Source: Azolla caroliniana
Lineage: Eukaryota; Plantae; Polypodiophyta
Direction of reading: 5' to 3'
NCBI GenBank assembly: GCA_043228905.1
Contig: JBHGNT010000008.1
Coordinates: 20,336,001-20,400,000 of the forward strand
Length of the DNA stretch: 64,000 bases
The notes beneath the pieces are model-generated. The model worked only from the letters and a program-made list of their open reading frames with translations. It was not told the DNA's origin and did not search any database. Below are positions 11,001 to 21,874 of the stretch, piece by piece; within the stretch, counting starts at the first letter, position 1, and the number at the start of each line of letters is the position of its first letter. The position numbers were made by a program, and so were the translations under genes.

Positions 11001-12557
11001 CATTTCTTTGGCGATGTGTACCGGCTTTGATTCGTCCTTGCTTCCTAGGTTCACTTCGTCAAGCTGGGATGCCTTTACTCGTTGGGAAACGGCCATTTCC
11101 CGTTCCAACGCTTCCTGTGCTTGCCGTAATTCCCGAATCGCATCTTTGTCTGGTTCGGCTTCGGTTTCATCCCGCTGCGGCAAGTATGGCGCTACGGCTT
11201 CAGCTACATCAATCTCGAAGAGTGGTACGATCTTCGGGTGTTCCTCCAAGTACTGGGCTTCTTCGTCGTCTGCCAATCCTTCAAGCATGTTCACACATTC
11301 CGCATACAGCGGTGTGCATTCCTTCCCGTTGCTCGTCCGTGGTTGTGTTGGTACCCGGACCTTGGCTTTTCCGCGTCGGAAGGTAATCATATTTTTCCGC
11401 CAATTTTGCTTGATGTGTGCTGTTTTCAACCATGGTCTGCCCAGCAATAGTGGGTACGCGCCTTGCGCCTGTAGCTGCAGCACGACAGCCGAGATGTGAA
11501 ATGTGTGGCCTCCTATGGTGACTTCCAATTTCCGTATTAAGCCCGTCGGCCGTACAGAGCTCGTATCCGCCATCCGTAGCCAGAACGGACATGGCTCCCA
11601 TTCATGTATACCCAAGGCATCACACGTGCGGAGGCTTATTACGTTCACCCCGGAACCTCCATCAATTACTGTGCCGGGAAGTTCGTGCCCTTTGACAATA
11701 GCTGTAATCACCGGACTACTTGTGTCCACCACCGTCGGTCCCTCCTCCGGGTTCGAGAAGAGGACTGGTGCCGGTGGGGCTATACCGTCTGTCATGACCG
11801 TTTTTAGTCCTTCTGTGAATCGCGGCACGAGCTGCAAGAGTCTTCCTAATGGTAACGTGATCTGACATTCTTGCAGTGCTTGCCATGTCTCGTTTTCTGG
11901 GTGGCTACCGCCGGCACTCCCTATGGTATTCGCCTTTTGCCGTTCCGCGTCCGCGACGTTCCTTTCGTTGGCTTCCTTCACCCATTCCGTCGCCTGCTTT
12001 CGTATGGCCTCTTGTGTTTCCCACTCTTTGGCTATGCCTTTCGACCGTGTGGTTACTTGCTGTAAATCCGCCACTTCCGGAACCACCATATTAACTGCTG
12101 GTCGTTTCTCGTAGCTCTTTACCGGGCACTGGTTACTGTAGTGGCCTTCCTGCCTGCAGTAGTAGCAGTACTCTTTATGGGTATTGCTGGATTCAGCATT
12201 GCTGGTAGCCGGAGTCGGTCCCGTAGCGAGTGGTGCGTTCTGTGCCGGTTGGCTCCTTGGGGTTTCATGTTCCGGGTCCCTAGGGTGACCACCTTTCTTG
12301 AAATTACGTTTCTTATTATTCTTATGTTTATTTCGGTAGTCCGGTCGTGGTGGATCGTAAAATCGGCCGTAGTCCTCCTGGTGCCTTCGGTAACCAGGGG
12401 AATGGTCTCTGTCGTATTGCTCGTGTCGCCTGTTGGGCTCCCGATAACGGTCCGATCGCTCATACCGGTCGTAGTTATCACGCCGATTCCCGTACCGGCC
12501 ATCATTCTCTTGCTTGTCTCCGTACCGGACATCCTGTGCCGGTCGGTACCGGTTCAT
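8082..12557 (-). CDS. pol: Gypsy pol polyprotein (CCHC knuckle, aspartic protease, RT, RNase H, integrase)
   Basis: CYYCRQEGHYSNQC, VIDGGSGVN, RVCVDYRKLN, VFLDDF, FVDASD, HCGVAGGH...CDLC, WGLDFVGP, SDQGGHF, WTGPY. 1491 codons open. Confidence 0.96.
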   Translation of the reverse strand: MNRYRPAQDVRYGDKQENDGRYGNRRDNYDRYERSDRYREPNRRHEQYDRDHSPGYRRHQEDYGRFYDPPRPDYRNKHKNNKKRNFKKGGHPRDPEHETPRSQPAQNAPLATGPTPATSNAESSNTHKEYCYYCRQEGHYSNQCPVKSYEKRPAVNMVVPEVADLQQVTTRSKGIAKEWETQEAIRKQATEWVKEANERNVADAERQKANTIGSAGGSHPENETWQALQECQITLPLGRLLQLVPRFTEGLKTVMTDGIAPPAPVLFSNPEEGPTVVDTSSPVITAIVKGHELPGTVIDGGSGVNVISLRTCDALGIHEWEPCPFWLRMADTSSVRPTGLIRKLEVTIGGHTFHISAVVLQLQAQGAYPLLLGRPWLKTAHIKQNWRKNMITFRRGKAKVRVPTQPRTSNGKECTPLYAECVNMLEGLADDEEAQYLEEHPKIVPLFEIDVAEAVAPYLPQRDETEAEPDKDAIRELRQAQEALEREMAVSQRVKASQLDEVNLGSKDESKPVHIAKEMKPEDKAAMIKLLTEFRDVFAWSYEDMRGLDPQLYQHQIHLGKDAKPVAQRRYRMNPNYAAKVKEEIDKLLRVGFIRPVKKATWLSPIVVVPKKNSKIRVCVDYRKLNAATTTDAFPLPFTDGVLDAVAGHEVYSFLDGFSGYNQIRMHPDDQEKTAFVTEWGVFVAEVMMFGLKTAPATFQRIIMEIFGEYIPAFMQVFLDDFVVYSRGKDHLQHLRLCLEKCRLYRLSLNPAKCIFGVSSGILLGHIVSKEGIAVDPDKVNAILGAPAPKTAKALSRFLGQIRWHSRMLRHLADLATPLHTVVHRTPFQWTETEDKAYNALKVLLSQAPVVQPPDWSKEFHVFVDASDIAIGSALMQLTEPKWYRPVYYASRKLSQAEKNYSTTEREALGMIYSVTKFRHYLLGRKFSFHVDHSALLYLVSKASLTGKLARWTLLLQEFEFEIFHRPGIQHAVADYLSRLESGEPGDGVADEFPDAELFRITPETAADGTVASEDRWLTNMHQFLSTGLPPEEMNRDERKRLAVQSRNFCLLRDTLYHKGADGIWRRAVRSDEKEVILREAHCGVAGGHYAGEATARKVWQSGLWWPTTLKDAVKYAKECDLCQRMGQPTEQARMPHQPVLPLEPFQKWGLDFVGPFKPPAMRTGNRYVIVATDYCTKWVEAKALRDNTASSTAKFLYENIWCRYGCPIELISDQGGHFLGQVVESLTTFYVVVHKRTTPYYPQANGLAESTNKTLQNILRKIVNENRTDWDTKLHSALWAYRTAYKTSIRTTPFRLAFGLEAVMPVEFQVPSLRIQLRERLNEKKSEEMRLAALCELEEQRLASILHMELEQRRRKAFVDRHRKGNEKMFEIGKPVLVFQTRMGKMPGKLRFRWTGPYWLTREYNGSYQIGTLAGEVLGKWVNGFRLKPYKGPMPKNPFMQQTGTIPGTCPGSVRIDPEEKDDGEPVAKTKEDTATRKENGKGLKGPTDV

Positions 12558-12641
12558 TTTTTGCCAACGATCTTCATCTTCGTCTTGGCTGCTTCTTGGC
12601 TCGATCCGTCGGACGGGTGGTGCTTGTCGGTTTAACAGGTT

Positions 12642-13934
12642 TTACTCGCACCGGTCCGTTGTATGACTCTTGGATTGACAAATCACACACTGAGTGCGCA
12701 TGGTGCACTCTACTGCCGAGTGTCCGGCATTCAAGCAGATTGTGCATTGAATTGCCTGCCGGAACCGGAGATCTTCCTCGGTGGGTAACGCCCGTTGCAG
12801 TGTTCCCAGCGTAAGCCATGAGCTTGTCTTTTCCATTTCTCTGACCCGGTCAATGACCTGATCGATGGTGCATCCTCGAAAGTCGATCACCGTACACACC
12901 GTGCGTAATGGTTCCCGGAGTGCGTTTAAAAATATCGTCCGTAATTCCTCTTCCGGGGGTGCACGGGCAAGCTGGCTATGCATTCGTTGGAAACGGATGA
13001 CGAATTGGGGAATGCTTTCCCCTGCCTCCTGTCGGATCGTATAAAACAGGCCCACCATTGTCGTCTGGTCGACCTCCTTGTGGAAAAAATGCAAGAATTT
13101 TGCTTTTAATTCTGCAAATGTTGTGATGGTCGCCGGGTCCTGCGACCGCCGCCATCGTGTCGCTGGTCCCTCCAACGTGACTCCGAATTCCGCTATCTTC
13201 GAGCGTTCTTCTTCCTCCGGTGTCATTCGCTGGGACGTGTGATTTGCTTCCCATGTCTGCTCGAAGTCATCAACATGCGCTTCCGCGTCCGGATCATCGC
13301 GATACTTTGAATATTGGAACGGCATGTCGTCGTCCAGTATTAGGCCGCGGTTTATTGGCGTTTGTTGATATCCTTCCGGTTTTCTCTCCGGTTCTACTTC
13401 CGGTTCTTTTGCCGGTTCCTTCACCGGCTCTTCTTCCGGTACCTTTGCCGGCTCTTTCGTTGGTGTCGGTGGCTTTGCTTCTTCCACTTCCGGTGTTGGT
13501 GGGTTGACGGCTTCCGTTTGGGGTTCCGGATAGCCCTGGTTGAGCGGTTCCGGTTCTGGAGTCGGCACGGTATCCGACCCGTCGTCCTCCGGGTCGCCGG
13601 GGGTATCGTTGCTGCTCCGGTAGTTCGTGTGCACGCTGTATCCCCCTTCGGAATCCGATTCGTAGGCTGAAAAGGCTTCTGCCTCGTTTTCTCCGCTTGC
13701 CAGCACCTCTAGCAGGCGTTCGGTTTCCCGGAGACTACTTAGACTGCTTCCGTCGTCCTGGTCGCGAGTTTGCCGTAACCGAAGAGATTCCTCCGCGACT
13801 CTCCGGATCTCGTTGGAGAACGAACGATCCGAGCGAATTGCTTGCGCTGCTTGCTGGAAGGTCTCACGCCGTCTTTGCCGTTCGGCGAGGCGTCGAGCTC
13901 GGTCTGTAACCAAGTCGTGCGTTGGTCTAGTCAT
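12642..13934 (-). CDS. gag: Gypsy gag, in the same frame as pol and separated by a single TAA
   Basis: Retrotransposon gag-like core (TFAELKAKFLHFF, IRQEAGESIPQFVIRF) and two CCHC knuckles (CTICLNAGHSAVEC, CVICQSKSHTTDRC). Confidence 0.9.
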   Translation of the reverse strand: MTRPTHDLVTDRARRLAERQRRRETFQQAAQAIRSDRSFSNEIRRVAEESLRLRQTRDQDDGSSLSSLRETERLLEVLASGENEAEAFSAYESDSEGGYSVHTNYRSSNDTPGDPEDDGSDTVPTPEPEPLNQGYPEPQTEAVNPPTPEVEEAKPPTPTKEPAKVPEEEPVKEPAKEPEVEPERKPEGYQQTPINRGLILDDDMPFQYSKYRDDPDAEAHVDDFEQTWEANHTSQRMTPEEEERSKIAEFGVTLEGPATRWRRSQDPATITTFAELKAKFLHFFHKEVDQTTMVGLFYTIRQEAGESIPQFVIRFQRMHSQLARAPPEEELRTIFLNALREPLRTVCTVIDFRGCTIDQVIDRVREMEKTSSWLTLGTLQRALPTEEDLRFRQAIQCTICLNAGHSAVECTMRTQCVICQSKSHTTDRCE

Positions 13935-13968
13935 CCATTACCGTCGTTCGCTGCGAGAAAGCAGGAAT

Positions 13969-13979
13969 CGTGGTCGCCA
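13969..13979 (-). promoter_or_regulatory. Primer binding site TGGCGACCACG (probably tRNA-Arg), 6 nt inside the 5' LTR
   Basis: TGG start next to the LTR end and upstream of gag. Variant TGGCGAACACG at the same position in the related fragment near 19543-19553. Confidence 0.75.
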
Positions 13980-13985
13980 AAACTG

Positions 13986-14406
13986 TGTTATTCGCTTAGC
14001 CGGACAAGGCCTAACACAAGGTGTCACGGAGACACTTCACCAAAGGGGTGATTACGGCATAGGATTAAGATTCAACGATTACACCGACTTACGTAGGTTA
14101 CACGATTAGATTGCTTTGGTTAATTACACGCGTAAGATATAACAGTGATTACAGAATGGAAATCAAGACAGAAGTATAAACATCATAAGCTCTATTAATT
14201 ATCCGCTGCGATTACAATGGGGTCCGGGCCTTTAAATAGGTTTCCGGCCCGTAGTACAAAACGGTGCCTATCGCACCTATTCGGGATCCGTCCGGATCTG
14301 GAACGGCATACCGTTTCCAGTCCGTCCGTCCACACTATGCTCATTTACAACCATATTTAATTAATTCCTTCACTCCGTATTTTGGACTCCTTGCCGGCCG
14401 GTAACA
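13986..14406 (-). repeat. 5' LTR of the Gypsy element
   Basis: Direct repeat of 4522-4942, followed by TSD GGGCA. Confidence 0.97.
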
Positions 14407-17400
14407 GGGCAAAGTCAATATAGAGTTATTGGTGTAACTTCTGTATAGCGCGTAAGAGACAGAGAGAGAGAGAGCGATATATAGAGATTGTGTCTCTGTT
14501 GTAATCGCCGCTAGGCAAAGATTGTGAGCAAGAGGTCGTTGCCTCTGTGCTCCCTGTTGTATTACTTGACATAGTGATAGTTTGGAGTCTGTGGACTCCC
14601 GTGGTTTTTCCCTCTCAGGATTTTCCACGTTAATATCTTGTGCATTCTCTTTCTGTTTTGTGTACTTACCTCCATTCCCATTTCTTCTGTGTTTGATTGT
14701 TATCAAATGATCTACGCTTCGGTTGTGGCCCGGAGATAATTCCGCAAATTTCTCGTCAATTTGGTATTAGAGCGAAACGACACAGAGAAATGGACGATTC
14801 GTTAGGAGGCATGTTCAAGCTCACCGGCTCCAACTACTTAGTATGGAAGTCAAAGATGAGGGACATGCTCGTGGTTAAAGATCTTTGGTTGCCGGTTCAG
14901 TTCGGGGAGAAGAGACCTGACAAGATCGATGCCTCCATATGGGAGGTGATGCACATGAAGACAACGAGGTACATACGGTGCTTCATCGACATGAGCCTAT
15001 ACAACAACTTCAATGAAGAGAGCAATGCTCATGAGCTCTAGAAGAAGATCGGCATTATGTTTCAGAACAAAAATGTTATTGATCAGGTTTCGGTATTTTG
15101 GAAGCTAGTAAGACTCCGGTACCAAGATGGCTCCAGCATGGCGGAGCACATGAATGCCTTCCAGGGGCTGATCCACCAGGCACCATCATTGGAAGTACCT
15201 CTCGCCAATGAGGTACTAGCACTGCTCCTGCTCGGTTCCCTCCTAGATAGCTGGGAGACGTTGGTTGTCACCTTGGGGAACGCCGGGCCGGAAAGGAAAC
15301 GGTTATCCCTAGCAAGAGTGAAGTTGAGCTTGCTAGATGAGGAGGCGCATCGGAAAGACAAGGATACGAGCTCCGACTCCAAAGTGCTCCTTACCGAATC
15401 GGAACGCGGAAGACAAAGTAACCGTAGTTCCCAGAAAACGGTCAAAGTCAATGGGGAGGCCAACTTGCTTTTATTGTGGCAAGCCGGGACACATCCAGAA
15501 GAACTGCCGGCACTTCCGAAAAGACAAGGAAACCGATGGTACGAATTCGAAGCGGACACCGGACCGGAACGGTAAAGACCAGAGGGGGCCGGACCGGAAG
15601 GGAACGACGGCAATCACGGCAAGTGAAGAGGAATTGATGCTCATCACCGAGGAGAGTGAGTTGAACCTTGTGGGCAATGAGACAACGTGGGTTGTCGATT
15701 CCGGAGCATTGTTCCACCTTACCCCGGACCGGAAATGCTTCTCATCCTACACAGTCGGTGATCACGGTTGTGTCCGGATGGGGAATGAAGGTACATGCCG
15801 AATTGTCAGCATAGGAGACGTGTAGTTGACAACACCAACTGGATGCAAGCTGTTGCTGAAGGATGTCTGACACGTTCCGGAGGTTCCACTGAACCTGATA
15901 TCAGCCGGTCGGCTAGATGATGAAGGCTACACGGGTAGCATCCGGAATAGAGTCATGAAATTCAGCAAAGGGAGCTTCATAGTGGCTTGGGCCCGGAAGG
16001 TCAACACGTTGTACTTGATGAATGCCCGTTTATGCCCGGAAGAAGTGAATGTTGCATCCGACATTACCGGTGAGCTGTGGCACAAGAGACTGTGTCACAT
16101 GAGTGTGAAGGGGATGAAGAGGCTTGCCGATGAAAACCTCATTCCGGTGAAGAACGTGTATCTTGAAAGGTGCACCGACTGTCTAGCCGGTAAGCAAAAC
16201 CGGACCTCCTTCCGATCAAGGCCACCAATGAGACATAATGCACCATTGGAGTTGGTGCATACCGATGTGTGTCAAGTGGACACAAAGTCCCATGCCGGAG
16301 CGCAGTACTTTGTGACGTTCATAGATGACCACAGCAGGAGGCTGTGGGCCCCACCGTTGAAGACGAAGGCTCAAGTGTTATCCGTCTTCAAGGAGCTCCA
16401 CGCAAGAGTGGAAAGAGAATCCAAACGGAAGCTGAAGGTAGTTCGAGTACATAACGAAGGAGAATACCGGGGGCAGTTCGAGGAGTACTGCCGCTCGAAG
16501 GGAATCTGGCTCGAATTTACCATGCCGAAGACGCCGGAACTAAACGGGCTGGCCGAGAGGATGAACTAGACCATAATGGAGAGGGTCTGGAGTATGCTAG
16601 CACATGCTAAGCTACCCAAGACGTTTTGGGCTGAGGCGCTGTCGACAACGACATATGGGATAAACAGATCACCCTCAGCGCCCTTAGATGGAGACACGCC
16701 GCAAAAGGTGTGGATTGGTAAGGAAGTGTCATACTGGCATCTGAAGGTGTTCGGGTGTCTCGCGTGCGTGCATGTTGCTAAGGACCGGAGAGGAAAGTTG
16801 GATCCAAAGAGCCGGCCATGCATATTCCTCGGATACGGCGATGATGAGTTCGGCTACTGAGTGTGGGATCCAGTTGACAAGAAGGTTTTCCGGAGCAGAC
16901 TCTTGCCGACTGGGAGTCGGAGAAGAAGATAATGAACTCCGATGAGATTCGAACCCACCCGGCTAAGAGCCGGTTGACACTCGAGGAATCAATCGGTTAC
17001 GGTGAGGATACCGAACCAGCAGAAGAAGAAGTAGAGGAAGCTGAAACCAGAACCGGCGAAGACCCCGAATCGGATTTGGATGAATAACAAATAGAGGAGC
17101 CGGTTGCTGAAATCCAAAGACGGAGATATCCTCTCAGAGAGAGAAGGCCCCCCCGGAGATTTCCAGATGCAGAGCATGTGCTACTAACCGATGAGGGGGA
17201 GCCGGAAAGCTTCGAAGAAGTGAAGCATGACACCCATAGCCGCAAGTGGTTGAGTGCCATGCAACACGAGATGGATGCCCTGCATGAGAACCACACATAT
17301 GAATTGGTGGAGTTGCCGGAAGGAAAGAGGGCACTCCAAAACAAGTGGGTGTACAAGTTGAAACTGGGAGATGCCAGCAACCCTCCAAGGTACAAAGCCA

Positions 17401-18312
17401 GGATCGTGGTGAAGGGGTTCTAGCAGAAGAAGGGCGTGGACTTCGACAAGATATTTGCCCCACTAGTAAAGATGACTTCCATCCGGACGGTGCTGAGCAT
17501 AGTGGCAAGCATGGACCTCGAGGTAGAGCAGTTAGACGTGAAGACGACGTTCCTCCACGGCGACCTCGAAGAGGAGATCTACATGCAGCAACCGGAGGGA
17601 TTTGTGAAGAAAGGGAAGGAGCATCTGGTTTTCCGGTTAAAAAAGAGCCTCTACGGGTTGGAGCCTGCAATGGTACCGGATGTTTGACTCCTTCATGACC
17701 GATCAAGGGTACCACAAGACGCAGGCCGATCACTGCATATTTGTGAAGAAGTTCAAAGGTGGAGACTTCCTGATACTCCTCTTGTACGTGGATGACATGT
17801 TGATCGTCGGACGAGACCAAGTCAAGATGCAGATGCTGAAGAAGGCCCTGAACTGGACCTTCTCAATGAAAGACTTGGGTCCGGCAAGACAGTTGTTGGG
17901 GATGTATATCATCCGAGACCGGCCAACGAAGCAATTGTGGCTGTCACAGGAGAAGTACGTGAAAAATGTGCTTTAGCGGTTCAACATGTTATCTGATGCG
18001 AAACCGGTCGGATCGACACTTCCGCAAACTGCAGGTTATCCGGTAAGCAAAGCCCGAAGACAAAGGCAGAGAAGGCGGATATGATGAAGATACCGTATGC
18101 CTCTGCCGTCGGGAGCCTAATGTACGCAATGGTGTGTACTTCACCGGATATCGGATATGCAGTCGGAGTGGTGAGCCGGTTTATGAGCAATCCCGGCAAG
18201 GAGCACTGGAATGCGGTAAAATGGATACTCCAATACTTGAAAGGCACCTCAAGTATGTGTCTCCGATTCGACTCCAATAAACCCCAACTTGATGGTTTCA
18301 CCGATTCGGATA

Positions 18313-20022
18313 TGTTGTCGGTTGAGCAGGTTGTACTCGCATCAGTCCATTGTGTGTGCCCATGAGTGGCAGATCATACACTACGTCCTCATTGTACAGT
18401 CTACCGTTGAATGGCCCGTGTTTAGACACGTTGTGCATTGCAACGCTTGGTGAAACCTGAGATCCTCTTTATTTGGAAGGTCCCTCTACAGGGCTCACAT
18501 CGTCTTCAGGGAGCTATGTTTATCCATTTCCAGCACCCAATCGATGACTTGATCCATTGTGCTGGCCTGGAAATCTAGTACCCCGCACATCGTTCGGAGG
18601 GGTTCCCATAGAGCGGCCCCAGAAACACTACTTTCGCCTCCTCCTCCGGAGGTGCCCTTGTTAATTGATTGTGTAGTGTTTGAAATCAAATAATATATTG
18701 GGGCACCGTCTCCTGCTCCTCTTGGTGGGTTGTGTAAAACTAACCGACCAATTTGCGTTGTTCTACTTGCCTATGGAATAGTTGGAGGAATTTTGTTTTC
18801 AAGGCCTCAAATGTGGCAAAGCTTCCAGGTAGGTGCTTTGCGTGCCAGTGGGCCGCCGGTCTGTCTAATGTCATGCCGAATTCAGCAATTTTTGACCATT
18901 CGGCTTCCGGTTCGGTCAGCCTTTGGGACACATGATTCGCTTCCCATGTTTGTAGGAACGCATAGACGTGCACCTCCGCGTCAACGTCATCACGGTACTT
19001 CAGATATGGGTATGGCACGGTGTAGTCTTCGGAAGGTTGTATCGGAGATGTTTGGTCTAGTTCTTGTGGGCGGTTTTCCGCTTTCTTCTTGGGTGGTGTT
19101 CGTGCGCGATTTTCCACTTTCTCCACGGGTGGTGTTGGTGAGCCGTCCGATTCGTCGTCCTCCGGATCGTCCGGAGTATCGTGGCTGCTTTTGTAATTCG
19201 ACTGGACGCTCTGTTCACTATCCTATTCCAATTCTAAGGGCCGAGAATGCCTCCAAGTCTCCGTTGCCTTCGGCAAGCGTCCGCAGTCGCGATTTTGCCT
19301 CTTGCAGGCTCGTCAGACCACTAACCTCGTCGGGAAGTTGTTGTTTTTGGAACCAAACTGCTTCTTCCTCGACACTCCGAAGCACTCTGGGAAAAGACCG
19401 ATCCTGTCGGATCTCCTCGGCGGCTTGCTGGAAGGCTTCCCGCCTTTGTTGTCTTCCACCTAGTCTTCTTCCTCGTTTGATGACTTGGTCGTTAGTCAGT
19501 CGAGATATCCATCCCCCGGTGTTCGCATATCATTGCAGGAATCGTGTTCGCCAAAAACTGTGTTATCCCTTAGGCTGGACAAGCCCTAACATAGGGTGTC
19601 CCTATGGAACACTTTACCAAAGGGTGGTACAGTGAGATTGGATGGACTGTGGTGTCTAATGGGTCTTAACCGGTTACTAATTGGCATTGTTAATGATCGT
19701 AACACACACGTAAGATTAATTATATATTAAGCACAAGACGGTAACCAAATAGACACTAAACAATACGTAAAACAACAGCCCTTCTATTAATTATTTTTCC
19801 TTGATTACATTCTTGTTGTAGGTCTCCGGCTGAGTTTCAAACCGGTGCCAACCGACAACCGGCAACGATCCGGTCCGGATCCGAATCGGTATACCGATTC
19901 TGGGTCTATCCACTCGCTTCTCAAAATAACATAATATTTATTAATTATAACTCCCTATCCCTAATTAAATACCCCTTTCACACTCTAGAATCTAACCGGC
20001 CCTTTGGCCTTGCCGGCCAACA
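18313..20022 (-). mobile_element. 5' fragment of a related Gypsy element (5' LTR 19561-20022, PBS, degenerate gag)
   Basis: LTR TGTTATCCC...GGCCAACA is similar to the 13986 LTR. Gag peptides (KYRDDVDAE, QTWEANHVSQR, KIAEFGMTL) are homologous to 12642-13934. Confidence 0.88.
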
Positions 20023-21350
20023 GTTATATACGGATAATGTAGTGTTGTTTGCAAATACTTCAGGAGATGCACAAAAGCTTATGAAGGCATTGGAAAAAAT
20101 TTGCATGCATACTAGATTAAGTGTCAATAGCTCTAAAACAAAGATTATGCTTGTGAAGAGTCAAAAAAGAGATAAACCATGCATTATGTACAACAACAAG
20201 CCAGTTGAATGTGTGGAAAGCTTCAAATATCTTTGGCCTTGACGTTCCTTCAAATCATAAATGGAATGAATGTGCTACACGCCTCTTAGAGGCGGGTAAG
20301 CGAGCATATTATGCATTTGAGAACACATGCAATCTTGGAGATATTAAGTGTTGGGTCCTCAAGAAATATCTTTTTGACACTTTGGTGACCCCGGTTCTTC
20401 TGTATGGGGTGGAAGTATGGGGCGGTAGCATCCCTAAATCTACGTGGAAAGAGTTTGAAAATGTCCAAAAACATTTTCTTACAAAGTTAAGAAACAAACG
20501 CCCTACACCCTCCTCCTCCTTGAGATGACATCGCTTCCCATTGAGATCATGGTAATGGAAAGGGTTGTTGAATACATGCTTAAGGGTCGGAAAAGCCCCT
20601 CACATCGACATCCTAAAATTGCATGGGAATCAAGCAAAGAAGATCCAAAAGACGCATAAAAGCAAAATTTTGTGTTCCGGTTGGATGCAAGATTTAGAAA
20701 AAATGGTTTGGTAGATGGGATGCAAGACACTTGCTTCATGATGCGTCACTGTATTCCTCTGTAAATGAGGCCTTTTTGCAACGCCAATGTATCATGACAT
20801 GGGACAAAGGTGGTGGCTCACGCTTCACACATTATACTACAAATGTTGCACCTAGCTACAAAACCATATTCTTCGCGGAACGGGGAAGCCGTACACATGG
20901 ATACATGTTAGAGCCCATCCTGATATGTGCCATTCGAACCATTGCTTCCATGCAACTTAGCTCGCTCACACACATTGAGATGTGAGACGAAGCGTTGGGG
21001 CACAAGTGATGAGGGTGGCTGACTATGCACACTTTGCCCTAAACAAGTTTGAGAGTGTGAGTGTGAGTATCACACTTTGATACAATGCTTTGCCTTTGAT
21101 CATATTCGACCATGCTCTCCACATCTCTTCAATCGAGCCCAATCCTTGCACGAATTTCTCTGACAACCACGATGTGCAGTCTCGATTGCAACATTCATTG
21201 GTAAAGTTCTTGAACATCGAGAGTCGCTACTCACCTTCACACGTATCACGTGAAATGTAATAATTTTTGGTCTCATAGGTCATATTTGATCTCCGACGAC
21301 GAGAATATATAATCTATCTATCTATCTATGTCTCTCTCTCTCTCTCTCTC
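20023..21350 (+). mobile_element. 5'-truncated, degenerate non-LTR retrotransposon (LINE): RT C-terminal half, CCHC motif, microsatellite tail
   Basis: LYTDNVVLFA (YADD-like), LSVNSSKTKIM, VECVESFKYL, LFDTLVTPVLLYGVEVWG, RLCTLC...YHTLIQC. Ends near (TCTA)n/(TC)n at about 21313-21350. Confidence 0.8.
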
Positions 21351-21874
21351 TTACGAGATTTAGGAGGAATGACAATTTCTAGCAATATCTAGCTATCATA
21401 CATTACCTCAACTATTTGGAAGTCACATTAACTTCACAATTTGGAAACTTGTCACATGATTTCTTTCTAACTATTTGAATGAATGTATGTATGTATGTAT
21501 GTAGCCGTAGGCGGGGCGGACCTAGACCTCTAGTACCTAATATGTAAAACATATATTGAAATCCTTGACAAATTGAGATTTCTAGCATTGTCTAGATAGA
21601 GAACAACACGGAATATTCAACGAAGTGAGATCTCTTGCAACATCAACAACCATTGTACGTGAGTTTATGTATGGACGAGAGTGTGTTTTATTTGTGGCCT
21701 TAGCAAAAGAGTGAAGACACAAGGCGTAGCTATTATTATTATTATTCAATGGGAATAGTTACCATATGGCCATCTTCATTTGATGGTCCAAGTACATCAT
21801 CATGCCAAGATCTTTTTGGCAAGCGTGTCTTTTATTAGCATCCTCATATAATTAGATTTGAGAGACATGAGTAT

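Larger units (their letters stand above)
4522..14406 (-). mobile_element. Full-length non-chromoviral Ty3/Gypsy LTR retrotransposon with an extra 3' ORF
   Basis: 421-bp LTRs at 4522-4942 and 13986-14406 (TGTTA...TAACA, 2 differences seen). TSD GGGCA at 4517-4521 and 14407-14411. Order gag-PR-RT-RH-INT; no chromodomain. Confidence 0.97.
4118..18313 (+). mobile_element. Degenerate Copia family A (Tnt1/Tork-like) element; 5' LTR (4118-4521 + 14412-14758) split by a Gypsy insertion; gag-pol 14790-18313, truncated in RNaseH
   Basis: LTR starts TGTTAGGATCTCGGTCCC and ends GTCA. PBS TGGTATTAGAGC at 14762 (iMet type). Fragments show CFYCGKPGH, WVVDSGA, VHTDVC integrase, QLDVKTTFLHG and LLYVDDML RT. 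Many stops and frameshifts. Confidence 0.9.

Noticed and set aside
4522-14406. Reading the Gypsy as plus-oriented with its PBS at 4945
   Set aside because: All long ORFs and the TATA-like box are on the minus strand, a PBS precedes gag, and no PPT abuts 13986 on the plus strand either.
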